From Oscillospiraceae bacterium (GTDB lineage: Bacteria; Bacillota; Clostridia; Oscillospirales; Acutalibacteraceae), in assembly GCA_015066525.1 (NCBI GenBank), contig SVOG01000014.1, positions 190 to 64,189 on the forward strand: a DNA stretch of 64,000 bases, given 5' to 3'. The notes below the pieces were generated by a model. It was not told the DNA's origin, did not search any database, and saw nothing but the letters and a program-made list of their open reading frames with translations. Position 1 is the first letter of the stretch, and each line of letters begins with the position of its first letter. The position numbers and the translations under genes are program-made. This document shows, one piece after another, positions 22,348-32,387 of the stretch.

Positions 22348-23685
22348 TTAAGGAAGGTCCTTAATATTATTGATAATATCCATAACGCGGGCATTGAGCG
22401 CCGAGTTTTGTTTGAGAATCTCGCCGAGTTTATTAACGTTATACATAACGGTCGAGTGGTTGCGGTTAAATTCCTTACCGATTTCCTCATAACTGATATT
22501 CGTTACCTCGCGGATGATATAAAAACACATCTTGCGCGCGTCGGAAACCTCCGCCGTATGCTTTTTACTGTAAATATCCTCATTTGAGACGCCCGTCGTA
22601 CGGCAAACCTCGTCCACAACACGGTTAATCGTAATCGGCACGGGCTGTACGTCGTTGAGTACATCCTTGATTGCCTGTTGCGCGAGTGCGATATTCGGCA
22701 CATCTTCACCGTATGTACACATCGCGTGGAGTTTCTTCGTGATACCCTCAAGCTGACGGATATTTGACTTAATTCTCTCAGCGATGAAATTGATGACGTT
22801 CTCGGGAATATTGAAATTCAGCAGTTCTGCCTTGCGTTTAATAATTGCACAGCGGGTTTCATACTCAGGAATCTGAATATCAACAATGAGTCCGCTCTCA
22901 AAACGGTTACGCAGTCGGTCGATAATGGATTTAATATCCTTCGGCGGACGGTCGGAGGTGAGTACAACCTGTTTGCCGTTATCGACAAGAGCGTTAAAGG
23001 TGTGGAAAAATTCCCACTCGGTTGCTTCCTTACCGGCGATGTACTGAATATCATCGACAAGCAGTACATCCACATTGCGGTACTTCTGGCGAAATTCTTC
23101 GGTGTTTTTCGTTGAAAGAACACCCATAAATTCGTTAAGAAAGTCCTCACTGTAAACGTAGACGACCTTCATATGCGGGTAATTATTCTTAATCTCGTTA
23201 CAGATTGCCTTGAGAAGGTGCGTCTTACCGAGTCCCGAATTACCGTAGATAAAGAGGGGATTGTAATTGGCAATACCGTGCTCGCGGTTAATCTGTCCGC
23301 CCGGGTCGGCTGCAATTGCGCGTGCCGCCGTATAGGCAAATTTATTTGAATTGCCGACGATGAAATTATCAAAGGTAAAAATATCGTTTTTGAAATCAAT
23401 TAAACTATTCTGATTTTTTTCTTCCTCGCTCGAAAATGAGTCCGGCGCGTAGCAAAAGAGTTTTACCGGAAAACCGCAGACATTTTCGAATGCCTCGAGG
23501 AGTAAATCATTATATTGGGAAAGTACAGTGTTTTTCTTAAACTCACTGGTGAAGGAAAGATGCGCTGTAGAGCCCGTGAAATCCGTCATTTCGATGGGAG
23601 AAATCCACAGTCTGTACGCCGTATCCGTGGTCCTATCCTTGCAGTATTCGAGAACACTGCTCCATATTTCTATAAAATTCTCCAT
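22348..23685 (-). CDS. dnaA: Chromosomal replication initiator DnaA (start at 23685 preferred over 23706)
   Basis: TFDNFIVG, YNPLFIYG..GLGKTHL, LLVDDIQ, EFFHTFN. Confidence 0.97.
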   Translation of the reverse strand: MENFIEIWSSVLEYCKDRTTDTAYRLWISPIEMTDFTGSTAHLSFTSEFKKNTVLSQYNDLLLEAFENVCGFPVKLFCYAPDSFSSEEEKNQNSLIDFKNDIFTFDNFIVGNSNKFAYTAARAIAADPGGQINREHGIANYNPLFIYGNSGLGKTHLLKAICNEIKNNYPHMKVVYVYSEDFLNEFMGVLSTKNTEEFRQKYRNVDVLLVDDIQYIAGKEATEWEFFHTFNALVDNGKQVVLTSDRPPKDIKSIIDRLRNRFESGLIVDIQIPEYETRCAIIKRKAELLNFNIPENVINFIAERIKSNIRQLEGITKKLHAMCTYGEDVPNIALAQQAIKDVLNDVQPVPITINRVVDEVCRTTGVSNEDIYSKKHTAEVSDARKMCFYIIREVTNISYEEIGKEFNRNHSTVMYNVNKLGEILKQNSALNARVMDIINNIKDLP

Positions 23686-23869
23686 AAGCAGCCTTTCTTT
23701 ATGCATAAAATATCACTCTCTATTATAGTAAAAATTATTATTTTAGTCAATATATATTTTTAATATTTTAATTATTAAAAACATCTATATTTTAGGATTC
23801 ACGAAACGCGTAAAAGTTCTTGCACTTTTTATAAGGGTAATATATAATAATTCATAACAGGAGACTATT

Positions 23870-24790
23870 ATGAAAATTTTTAAGAATCACGGGGATTATT
23901 ATATTCCCAAATCCGATATGAAAAGCAGCGGCGAGGCGCGGATACTGAGAATTCTCTTGGTTTTTGTCGTTTTGTTTACTGCGGTCTTTCTCATAGTGCT
24001 GTCGCGTCATTATTCGAGCGCGGCGGAATTTTTCGGCAAGGGCGAGGTAACGGTAACCCAGGCGGAGGAAGAGGAGGAATATCTTCCCCCCATTGAGGGA
24101 AAGACGAATTTTATCGTCTTTGAGACCGACGACGAGCGCACGGCAATGAATTTTATTTTCCTCATTCAGGCGGATAAGGATAATAAGGCATATAAAGTCT
24201 GCTCCCTGTCGCCGAAAACAATGATTGACGGCAAAAATCTTTACGATATTTATTCCGTCGGCGGCGGTGCAGCGGTGCAGACGAAGCTGACCGAGTACCT
24301 CGGTGTACAGATTGATTATTTTGCAGAATTTGAGGCGACCTCGTTTACGGATTTCGGCGCAAAGCTCGGTACCCTGGTTTATCCTTCGCCCGAGGAGATT
24401 AAATTCAGCGGCGGAGACGAGGAAAATAAGTACACCCTCCATATCAGCGAGGGTGAGCAGAATCTCGATGCACAGATGATTTCCAATCTCCTGCGCTACT
24501 ATTCCGAGGAGAAGAAGAATTTTGCCCTCGAAAACGAGTTGATTCAGCGGATATTTACGGGACTCTTCAACGAGGAAAACTACGGGGATTGCGACTCCCT
24601 CTTCCGTCTCTTTATTAAATCCGCGACGACGAATATTACCGTGCGTGATTTTGAAAACGGCAAGGACGCGCTCACGGTATTTTGTAAATTGAATACGGAT
24701 ATCACGGTTTACGGCGCTGAGGTGCAGTACGAGGACAACGTTCTCACCCAGAATTCCGTGAAGGAGATTAAAGGATATTTCAGTAAATAA
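23870..24790 (+). CDS. Divergent LCP-like membrane protein
   Basis: Single TM then LCP-like segments ([15 protein letters not shown]); catalytic motifs degenerate. Confidence 0.6.
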   Translation: MKIFKNHGDYYIPKSDMKSSGEARILRILLVFVVLFTAVFLIVLSRHYSSAAEFFGKGEVTVTQAEEEEEYLPPIEGKTNFIVFETDDERTAMNFIFLIQADKDNKAYKVCSLSPKTMIDGKNLYDIYSVGGGAAVQTKLTEYLGVQIDYFAEFEATSFTDFGAKLGTLVYPSPEEIKFSGGDEENKYTLHISEGEQNLDAQMISNLLRYYSEEKKNFALENELIQRIFTGLFNEENYGDCDSLFRLFIKSATTNITVRDFENGKDALTVFCKLNTDITVYGAEVQYEDNVLTQNSVKEIKGYFSK

Positions 24791-24800
24791 GGAGACAATT

Positions 24801-25370
24801 ATGATTTCACCTGACAATAAAGAAATAATTAAAAAAGCGGTACGCGATATTCTCATCGCGGTCGGTGAGGACCCTGACAGAGCGGGACTGCTCGAAACGC
24901 CGCAGCGTGTGGCGAATATGTATGAGGAAATGTTCAGCGGTCTCGACGAGGACCCGAAACGCCATCTGAAACTCTTTGATGAAAAATCGAATGACGAGAT
25001 GGTTATTGTGCGCGATATTCCGTTTTCGTCGATGTGTGAGCACCATCTTTTGCCCTTTGTCGGCAAAGCGCATATCGCCTACATTCCGAGTGATAATAAG
25101 ATTATCGGGCTGTCGAAACTTGCGCGTATTGTGGATAACTTTGCTAAGAAGCCCCAGGTACAGGAGCGTCTCACCCACGATATTGCCGATTTCTTAAATG
25201 ATAATCTCTCACCCCGCGGCGTGGCGGTTATCATTGAGGCGGAGCATATGTGTATGTCCATCCGCGGCGCGCGTGCCTTCGACGCACAGACCCAGACTTC
25301 CGCTCTGCGCGGCGTTATGCGCACCGACCAGAGAACGAGAACGGAAGTATTATCGCTGCTGACAAAATGA
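24801..25370 (+). CDS. folE: GTP cyclohydrolase I
   Basis: [28 protein letters not shown]. Confidence 0.97.
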   Translation: MISPDNKEIIKKAVRDILIAVGEDPDRAGLLETPQRVANMYEEMFSGLDEDPKRHLKLFDEKSNDEMVIVRDIPFSSMCEHHLLPFVGKAHIAYIPSDNKIIGLSKLARIVDNFAKKPQVQERLTHDIADFLNDNLSPRGVAVIIEAEHMCMSIRGARAFDAQTQTSALRGVMRTDQRTRTEVLSLLTK

Positions 25371-25373
25371 TAG

Positions 25374-25474
25374 TAATTATAAATTATAAATTATGAATTA
25401 TGGGCGGACTTTGTCCACACCTATTATAATAGCTGTGCGCAGCACCCTCAATTCATCATTCATCATTCATAATT
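25374..25474. repeat. Heptamer-repeat/hairpin intergenic element
   Basis: AATTATA/AATTATG arm, hairpins, then CACCCTCAATTCATCATTCATCATT (identical to 5625-5649). Confidence 0.75.
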
Positions 25475-25481
25475 AATAAAG

Positions 25482-26270
25482 ATGTTCAATTTTAATCAAT
25501 TACTAAAAAAACGCCCTTTAATTATGGGCATTGTAAACGTTACCCCCGACTCTTTTTCGGACGGGGGTAAGCATATGACGGACGCGACGGCGTATGCGCT
25601 CTCGCTGATTGACGACGGCGCGGATATGCTTGACCTCGGCGCACAGTCCACCCGCCCGGGATATACCGAAATCCCCCCGAGCGAGGAAATCGCGCGTCTC
25701 AGCGGCGTTCTGGCGCCCCTGAGAAGCCAAACGGCGGTGCCGCTGTCCGTGGACACCTATTTTCCCGAAGTCGCTCAATATGCGCTCAGAAACGGCGCAG
25801 ACATCATTAACGACGTGAGCGGCAGGTGGAATCCTGCCATGGCAGAACTGATTCGTGAGAGCGGCGCCGGCTGGATTATCATGCACAACGGCGCCGGTTC
25901 GGTGGAGGAAGTGAAGGCATTTTTTGTCGAAATGGCAGAGAAATGCGCTACTTTCGGTATCCGAAAAGAACAAATCTGCTTTGATATGGGAATCGGCTTC
26001 GGCAAGACATATGAAGAAAATTTAGCGCTGATCGCGCATATCGCGGAATATAAGCACCCCGATTATCCGCTACTCCTCGGCACCAGCCGCAAGCGCGTCA
26101 TAGGAACAGCCTCGGGGCAGGATAACCCTGCCGAGCGGATTTACGGCAATATCGCTGCCGATACCGTGGCGATTCTCGGCGGCGCGGACATCATCCGCCT
26201 CCACGATGTGAAACACGAAAAACAGGGTATCTTAACGGCAAGCGCGCTGAAGGGAGAACGCGATGGATAA
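25482..26270 (+). CDS. folP: Dihydropteroate synthase
   Basis: MGIVNVTPDSFSDGG, STRPG, GIGFGK, SRKR, RLHDV. Confidence 0.96.
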   Translation: MFNFNQLLKKRPLIMGIVNVTPDSFSDGGKHMTDATAYALSLIDDGADMLDLGAQSTRPGYTEIPPSEEIARLSGVLAPLRSQTAVPLSVDTYFPEVAQYALRNGADIINDVSGRWNPAMAELIRESGAGWIIMHNGAGSVEEVKAFFVEMAEKCATFGIRKEQICFDMGIGFGKTYEENLALIAHIAEYKHPDYPLLLGTSRKRVIGTASGQDNPAERIYGNIAADTVAILGGADIIRLHDVKHEKQGILTASALKGERDG

Positions 26271-26622
26271 AATCACGATTAAAAACTTAAAACTCTTTGC
26301 CTACCACGGTGTGAATCCCGAGGAGAAGGAAAACGGACAGAATTTCTTTATCGACCTTGATTACTATCTCGATATGGAAAATGCCTGCCATAGCGATAAT
26401 TTGGACGACACCGTTTCCTACGCAAAGGTAGTCAAGACGGTCAGACGCGTCTTTACGGCACAGAGCTTTGACCTTATCGAAAAAGCGGCTCAAACCGTCG
26501 CTGACGCCGTTTTAGACGAATACGGGGCAATTTCACGCGTGGATATTACGCTGAAAAAACCCGAGGCACCCGTCAATGCGGACTTTGAGTATATGGCGGT
26601 GTCCATTTCCCGCACGAGGTAG
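26263..26622 (+). CDS. folB: Dihydroneopterin aldolase
   Basis: AYHGV..EE..GQ.F, TVSY, LIE, KP.AP. Confidence 0.95.
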   Translation: MDKITIKNLKLFAYHGVNPEEKENGQNFFIDLDYYLDMENACHSDNLDDTVSYAKVVKTVRRVFTAQSFDLIEKAAQTVADAVLDEYGAISRVDITLKKPEAPVNADFEYMAVSISRTR

Positions 26623-26624
26623 CT

Positions 26625-27128
26625 ATGAAATACATTATCGGAATCGGCACCAATATCGGTGACAGAAAACAGAATATAAGCGAAGCGGTCGAGGCATTCG
26701 ACCTCGTGCCGAAAACGAAAGTTTTGCGCCACTCCTCTCTCTATGAGACAGAGCCCGTCGGCTACGCTGCGCAGGACAGTTTCTATAATGCGTGTATCGA
26801 GATTGAGAGCGACCTTGCGCCCGGCGAGATGCTTGGCGTCTGCCTTGGCATCGAAGCGGGATTCGGCAGGGTCCGTACGATAAAAAACGGGCCGAGAATT
26901 CTCGACCTTGATGTTATCCTTGCGGAAAATGAAACTATTTCCACGCCGAATTTGACCGTGCCGCATCCGCGCTTTCACGAGCGGCGCTTTGTCCTCATTC
27001 CGCTGCTTGAACTCTTTCCCGACGGTACTGCTTACGGCCATAATCTGAGCAAAAGCTTGCTTAAAATCAAAGGACAAGGCATTAAAACTGTAGGGGCGAT
27101 TCACGAATCGCCCGCGGGTCAACCGTGA
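26625..27128 (+). CDS. folK: 6-hydroxymethyl-7,8-dihydropterin pyrophosphokinase
   Basis: GIGTNIGD, SSLYET, GPRILDLD, PHPR..ERRFVL. Confidence 0.95.
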   Translation: MKYIIGIGTNIGDRKQNISEAVEAFDLVPKTKVLRHSSLYETEPVGYAAQDSFYNACIEIESDLAPGEMLGVCLGIEAGFGRVRTIKNGPRILDLDVILAENETISTPNLTVPHPRFHERRFVLIPLLELFPDGTAYGHNLSKSLLKIKGQGIKTVGAIHESPAGQP

Positions 27129-27139
27129 TTGACCCCTAT
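27090..27139. repeat. GTAG-type REP doublet overlapping folK 3' end
   Basis: GTAGGGGCGATTCACGAATCGCCCG followed by inverted CGGGTCAACCGTGATTGACCCCTAT. Confidence 0.75.
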
Positions 27140-27232
27140 ATTTTTTCAAAAATTTTTCAATACTATTATGCCTCCGACGACAAACAATATTAATGCTGCA
27201 AAGCAAATTGTTTGACTGAGGAGGATTTTTTT

Positions 27233-27418
27233 ATGAAAATGAATACAACGAAGAATATTATGAAGGGCGTGGGCGGCGTGCTCGCCGTCTGTTCCGCTGT
27301 GACGATGATGGCGGGCACGAAGCATATGAATGCCACTGCTACGTCCACGAAGAAAACGATTAAAAAAACGGCAAACAAGATTACCGATGTCATCGACGCG
27401 GTTACTTCGTTTATGTAA
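27233..27418 (+). CDS. Small hypothetical protein (61 aa, hydrophobic segment plus basic tail)
   Basis: GAGGAGG RBS, ATG 27233, terminator follows. Confidence 0.7.
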   Translation: MKMNTTKNIMKGVGGVLAVCSAVTMMAGTKHMNATATSTKKTIKKTANKITDVIDAVTSFM

Positions 27419-27425
27419 CGGTAAA

Positions 27426-27466
27426 AGGCAAAGAAAAAGCACCGCATATGCGGTGCTTTTTGCCTT
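27426..27466. terminator. Bidirectional terminator
   Basis: AAAAAGCACCGCATATGCGGTGCTTTTT between convergent genes. Confidence 0.8.
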
Positions 27467-27469
27467 AAA

Positions 27470-28411
27470 TTAATCGAATGCGTGACCCGATGAGCCGAAT
27501 ACGACGTCAATCTTGTGTGCCACAACCTCTTCGATGAGGTTTCTTGCGGGAGTGAGGTACTGGCGGGGGTCGAAGTGTGTCGGATTCTCAGCAAAGTGCT
27601 TACGAATCGCAGCGGTCATTGCGATTCGGATATCCGAGTCAACATTAACCTTACATACTGCCATCGACGCAGCCTGACGGAGCATATCCTCGGGGATACC
27701 GATAGCGTCGGGCATGGAGCCGCCGAACTCGTTAATCATCTTGATGTGGTCCTGGTTTACGGAGCTTGCGCCGTGAAGAACAATCGGGAAGTTCGGAAGC
27801 TGCTTTTCAACCTCTTCGAGAATGTCGAAACGAAGCTGCGGCTTCTGACCGGGCTTAAACTTATAAGCGCCGTGGCTTGTGCCGATTGCGATTGCGAGTG
27901 AGTCAACGCCTGTGCGGGTCGCAAAGTCGTAAACTTCCTCGGGTCTTGTGTAGGATTCGTTGCCTGCCTCTACGACAACATCGTCCTCGACACCTGCGAG
28001 TGTGCCGAGCTCGCCCTCTACAACAACGCCGTGAGCATGAGCGTATTCAACAACCTGCTTGGTGAGTTTGATGTTTTCCTCGTAAGGAAGGGAGGAGCCG
28101 TCAATCATAACGGAGGTGAAACCGCCGTCGATGCAGCTCTTACAGGTTTCGAAATCCGGACCGTGGTCGAGGTGGAGTGCGATCGGGAGACCTGTCTCCT
28201 CAGCAGCAGCCTTTACCATCGCAACGAGGTAGTTGTGGCTTGCATACTTTCTTGCTCCCGATGAGCACTGAAGAATGACGGGAGCCTCGAGCTTCTTGGC
28301 AGCTCTGGTGATACCCTGTACAATCTCCATATTGTTTACATTAAAAGCACCGATAGCGTATCCGCCTTCGTATGCCTTCTTAAACATTTCGGTAGTGGTT
28401 ACAAGTGGCAT
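27470..28411 (-). CDS. fba: Class II fructose-1,6-bisphosphate aldolase
   Basis: HLDHG, SVMIDGS, EGELG, GTSHGAYK, VLHGAS, FDPR. Confidence 0.97.
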   Translation of the reverse strand: MPLVTTTEMFKKAYEGGYAIGAFNVNNMEIVQGITRAAKKLEAPVILQCSSGARKYASHNYLVAMVKAAAEETGLPIALHLDHGPDFETCKSCIDGGFTSVMIDGSSLPYEENIKLTKQVVEYAHAHGVVVEGELGTLAGVEDDVVVEAGNESYTRPEEVYDFATRTGVDSLAIAIGTSHGAYKFKPGQKPQLRFDILEEVEKQLPNFPIVLHGASSVNQDHIKMINEFGGSMPDAIGIPEDMLRQAASMAVCKVNVDSDIRIAMTAAIRKHFAENPTHFDPRQYLTPARNLIEEVVAHKIDVVFGSSGHAFD

Positions 28412-28480
28412 AAATTTACCCTCCTAAAAATTTTTACCTACATATTATACTATATTACAGTGGAAAAGGCAACAATTTAT

Positions 28481-29749
28481 TTATTCATATCTTAGCGCGT
28501 CAATCGGATTGAGCTTTGCTGCTTTATTGGCGGGTGCGTAGCCGAAAATCAGACCGATGAGGAGCGAAAAACCGACCGCTGCAACGATGGATACAATGTT
28601 CGGCGTCGCCGTGTAGCCGAGCACTTTACTCAGCGCCGTGCCGAGCAGAACGCCGAGCGTAATGCCGATGATGCCGCCGACAAGGCAGATGACCATCGAC
28701 TCGGTGACAAATTGCAGCCGAATGGAACCATTTGTCGCGCCGAGCGCCTTTCGCGTGCCGATTTCCTTCGTGCGTTCACTGATGGAAACGAGCATAATAT
28801 TCATTACGCCGATACCGCCGACCAAGAGGCTGATTGCCGCGATGGCTGCGATGGCGTAGCTGATGGTGTCAATCATCTCGGTCAGGGTGGAAATAACGGA
28901 CTCAAGCGAGGTCGTTTCGACATCCCAGGTATCATTATTTGCATAATACGAGGAAAAGAAGGTATTTGTGGTGTCAAGGAAGGTCAGGGTGTCGGTGTCC
29001 ACGCTTGTCTTAATGCTGATGGACTGATAACCGTCGCCCGAGCCCGTTATCTGTTTTGCAGCGGACAGCGGAATGTACATTTCGGTTGTTTCGTCCGAAG
29101 CGGAATCCTCATCGGAGGACGCTGTCTCACTTTCATAGCGGTAAACGCCGGCAATGTAAAATTTGTACGGCATTTCGTTAATCGTTATCGTAAAATCTTT
29201 GCCGACGGCATTTTGCGGATTCAGATTTAAGGTGTTTTCGACGAAGGAGTCCGCCACAACCGCAAGTTTACGCTCACCGTCGGTGTCCTTCACAAATCTG
29301 CCATAGAGAAGTTCGATATCCTCGGCGGTTTTGTAGTCGTTTTCGACGCCTGTCACCGTGAGGCTCGTTTCGTCGTAGGTTGCGGTACCGACAGAGCAGG
29401 TCTTTTCGACAAATTTTACATTATCGGGGAACGCCTCCTTGTACTCCTCAATCATCGCGTCGGTGATTAAATCCGCTTCGTCAGGGGTTTCGGAGGCGAA
29501 CATTTTGATATGAAAATCCTGTTCTTCGCTTTCGTCGTCGCTGCTCTTCTGCGTGAGCGAAACATTGATTGACGACGCACCGAGCGCCGTCATACTGTCG
29601 CTGACATAACCCGTGAGGGAGGAGCCGACGGTGCTGATGGCGATGACGGAGCCGATACCGATGATGATGCCGAGCATCGTCAGAATCGAGCGCAGTTTAT
29701 TCATCCTCAGCGACTCGAGAGCGAGTAAAATATTCTCAAATATTGCCAT
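28481..29749 (-). CDS. MacB/FtsX-family ABC permease
   Basis: RSILTMLGIIIG, GGIGVMNIM..ERTKEIG, PIDALRYE. Confidence 0.93.
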   Translation of the reverse strand: MAIFENILLALESLRMNKLRSILTMLGIIIGIGSVIAISTVGSSLTGYVSDSMTALGASSINVSLTQKSSDDESEEQDFHIKMFASETPDEADLITDAMIEEYKEAFPDNVKFVEKTCSVGTATYDETSLTVTGVENDYKTAEDIELLYGRFVKDTDGERKLAVVADSFVENTLNLNPQNAVGKDFTITINEMPYKFYIAGVYRYESETASSDEDSASDETTEMYIPLSAAKQITGSGDGYQSISIKTSVDTDTLTFLDTTNTFFSSYYANNDTWDVETTSLESVISTLTEMIDTISYAIAAIAAISLLVGGIGVMNIMLVSISERTKEIGTRKALGATNGSIRLQFVTESMVICLVGGIIGITLGVLLGTALSKVLGYTATPNIVSIVAAVGFSLLIGLIFGYAPANKAAKLNPIDALRYE

Positions 29750-30443
29750 ATTTTCCGCTCCTTTCATCGACGAACAGTCCGTCACGCAGGGTGAGTATCC
29801 TGTCGCACTGTTCGGCGAGTTCGCCATTGTGGGTGATGAGGATAATCGTCTTGCCCTTTTCGGTGTTCAGGCGCTTGAATATCTCCATTACCTTTGCCGA
29901 AGTGGCGCTGTCGAGCGCGCCCGTCGGCTCGTCGGCGAGGATAATGGACGGGTCATTCGCCATCGCGCGGGCAATTGCCACGCGCTGCTTCTGTCCGCCC
30001 GAGAGTTCGTTCGGACGGTGACGCATTCTTTCGGTCATTCCGACTTCGGCGAGAAGTTCTTTAGCGCGTAGTACGCGCTCCTTTTTCGCATAGCCGCCGT
30101 AGAGCATTGGCAGTTCGACATTGCGCAGCGCATTCTGCCTGCCGATGAGATTAAAGGTCTGAAATACGAATCCGACCTGGCGGTTGCGGATTGCCGAGAG
30201 TTCCTTATCGCCCGCGGCATTGATGTCGGTACCGTCGAGCAGGTAGGTGCCCTCAGTGCATTTATCGAGCGCGCCGATAATATTCATCAGCGTACTTTTA
30301 CCGCTGCCCGACTCGCCGACAATCGCGAGGAATTCGCCGTCGCTGACGGTTAAATCAATACCGTGCAGCACCTCGAGTTCATTCGGCTTGCCGAGGAAGA
30401 AACTCTTTTTAATTCCTTTCATTTCAATGATGGCTTTAGCCAT
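29736..30443 (-). CDS. ABC transporter ATP-binding protein (LolD/MacB-like)
   Basis: GESGSGKST, LSGGQKQRVAIAR, DEPTGALD. Confidence 0.95.
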   Translation of the reverse strand: MAKAIIEMKGIKKSFFLGKPNELEVLHGIDLTVSDGEFLAIVGESGSGKSTLMNIIGALDKCTEGTYLLDGTDINAAGDKELSAIRNRQVGFVFQTFNLIGRQNALRNVELPMLYGGYAKKERVLRAKELLAEVGMTERMRHRPNELSGGQKQRVAIARAMANDPSIILADEPTGALDSATSAKVMEIFKRLNTEKGKTIILITHNGELAEQCDRILTLRDGLFVDERSGKYGNI

Positions 30444-32328
30444 TCTGACCACCGCCGTTTCCGCCCGACGGGGGCGAGGGCATATCGCCGCCCGAGGAAG
30501 AGCTGCCGGAGTTATTATTGAAATCCGGGGGAGAGCCGCCGTTTCCGTGCATATCGCCGCCGCGGTTAGAGTTCATCCCGCCAAACAGGCTCGCAAAGAG
30601 ACCGCCCGAACTCTCGTTATCCTTGCTGTCGGCGCTGACGGTATCGACGCCCTCGCTGAGGTCGGCACTTGAGCGAATGACATCACCTTCGGCGAGTTCA
30701 TCCGAAGAGATTTCGATATAGTAATCGTTGGAGTCGCCCGTGGTGACATTGATTTTTTCAAACTGCATATCCGTGCCTTCGCCCGAGATTTTGCGGTAAA
30801 CAAAGCTTGTGCCGTTGTCGTCGCCCACGGCGTCAATCGGGACCTGGTACACATCCTCGCTCGATGACACGATGATGTCGACCGAGGCATTCATACCGAT
30901 ATGCAGCGAACTTGTCGCGGAGGTAATCTTGACGGTTGCGCCGAATGAACCGTTATCACTCGTCGGGTCAATCTGGGTAAGCGTGCCGTCGAGCGTTTCG
31001 TCCGATGCATCGCTCGTGATATGGCACGCCTGACCGAGTTTGGCGTTGTTGATGTCCGCCTCCGCGATGGTGATGTCAACTTGAAGTGCGCTTAAATCCT
31101 GAATGGTCGCAGCCGATTCCATATTGCAGGTGGAGCCGACGGTAGCGCTCAGCGCGGTTACCGTGCCGTCCTGCTCGGCTTTGAGCTGACATTCGGAGAG
31201 CTGGGATTTGAGCTCGTCGAGCGTGTCGCTCGACGAAGCGTTGGACAGTGCTTCTTTTGCCTGAGAAAGCTGCGACTTCGCCTGTGTCACTTCGTTTTCG
31301 TACTGCTCGGCAGAGCTCTTCGCTTGTTCGTAGGCGGATTTTGCGCTTGTGTAAGCACTCTCGAGAGTGGCAAAATTGCAGGCGGTCTTGGCATTGCGCA
31401 GCGCCTTCGCCTTTGTCGCGAGTTTATAGAGCGTGTTGCTGCCGCTCGGGACGGAGAGGGTTTTTCCCGTGAGGGTGCGGACGTTTGCAACAACCTCCTG
31501 ACAGATGTCGTTCGCTGTTTTTGTGACGCTGACCGAGGAGGACGAGGTGGCGCTTTCTCCGCTCATTGCGTTGGTATTCTGCTGTGTCGCAGAGGCGCTG
31601 TCCGAGATGTCCACATTACCGACAGCACAGCCGCCGAGATAGTTTTGCACCGCGGTCATATAGGCTTTTGCGGCGCTTTGCAGTTTTGATTTGGAAACGC
31701 TGCCGCTCTTGTACCCCGACACCGCACTGTTATAACTGGCAAGCGCCTTTACATAGTTTGCGCCGGCGGTATTGTAATTGGCAAGTGCCTTGTCGTAGGC
31801 GTTCTGGTAGGATTTGAGGCTCGACACGGCTTTGTCGTAGGGGGTTTTCGCCTTGGTGTACGCGGTTTTCGCGTCGCTGAGTGTCGAGGCATAGGACGAG
31901 AGCTTCTCTTTCGCGGTGTTATAGGCGGTCAGCGCGCTGTCGTACTGCGTTTGTGCCGATGCCTTTGTTTTTGCGAGATTGTTCTCTTCTTTTTCTATCT
32001 GACTTTCGAGTTCGGAGGTGTCGAGGGTGATGATGGTATCGCCCTCTTTTACTTCGTCGCCGACGGAAACATTTACCGATTTTACCGTGTAGTTCAGATT
32101 TGTCGTTACTTTTGAGGTCTTGGCACTCGAAACGGTGCCCGTCGCGCTGATGCTGTCCTCGAGGGTGCCCTTCTGCAGCGTGGTGGTGCGAATGAAGGAA
32201 TACGACTGCCCGCTGTTTCCGCTCCGCGAGGCAAAGATTGCCGTCGCCGCAATCGCGCCCACTAATATAATGGAAATCATAGTCGTTAATACTTTATGCT
32301 TTTTGATAAAGCCTTTTAGTTTCTTCAT
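30436..32328 (-). CDS. Efflux adaptor subunit (HlyD/MacA-like) with long coiled coil
   Basis: N-terminal TM, lipoyl half motifs VSVGDEVKEGD and AEQDGTV, Ala-rich helical insert. Confidence 0.88.
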   Translation of the reverse strand: MKKLKGFIKKHKVLTTMISIILVGAIAATAIFASRSGNSGQSYSFIRTTTLQKGTLEDSISATGTVSSAKTSKVTTNLNYTVKSVNVSVGDEVKEGDTIITLDTSELESQIEKEENNLAKTKASAQTQYDSALTAYNTAKEKLSSYASTLSDAKTAYTKAKTPYDKAVSSLKSYQNAYDKALANYNTAGANYVKALASYNSAVSGYKSGSVSKSKLQSAAKAYMTAVQNYLGGCAVGNVDISDSASATQQNTNAMSGESATSSSSVSVTKTANDICQEVVANVRTLTGKTLSVPSGSNTLYKLATKAKALRNAKTACNFATLESAYTSAKSAYEQAKSSAEQYENEVTQAKSQLSQAKEALSNASSSDTLDELKSQLSECQLKAEQDGTVTALSATVGSTCNMESAATIQDLSALQVDITIAEADINNAKLGQACHITSDASDETLDGTLTQIDPTSDNGSFGATVKITSATSSLHIGMNASVDIIVSSSEDVYQVPIDAVGDDNGTSFVYRKISGEGTDMQFEKINVTTGDSNDYYIEISSDELAEGDVIRSSADLSEGVDTVSADSKDNESSGGLFASLFGGMNSNRGGDMHGNGGSPPDFNNNSGSSSSGGDMPSPPSGGNGGGQNG

Positions 32329-32387
32329 AACAAAAAACCTCCCTGTATCCCCAATGGTACACAGAAAGGTTAAATGAAAGTTAAATG

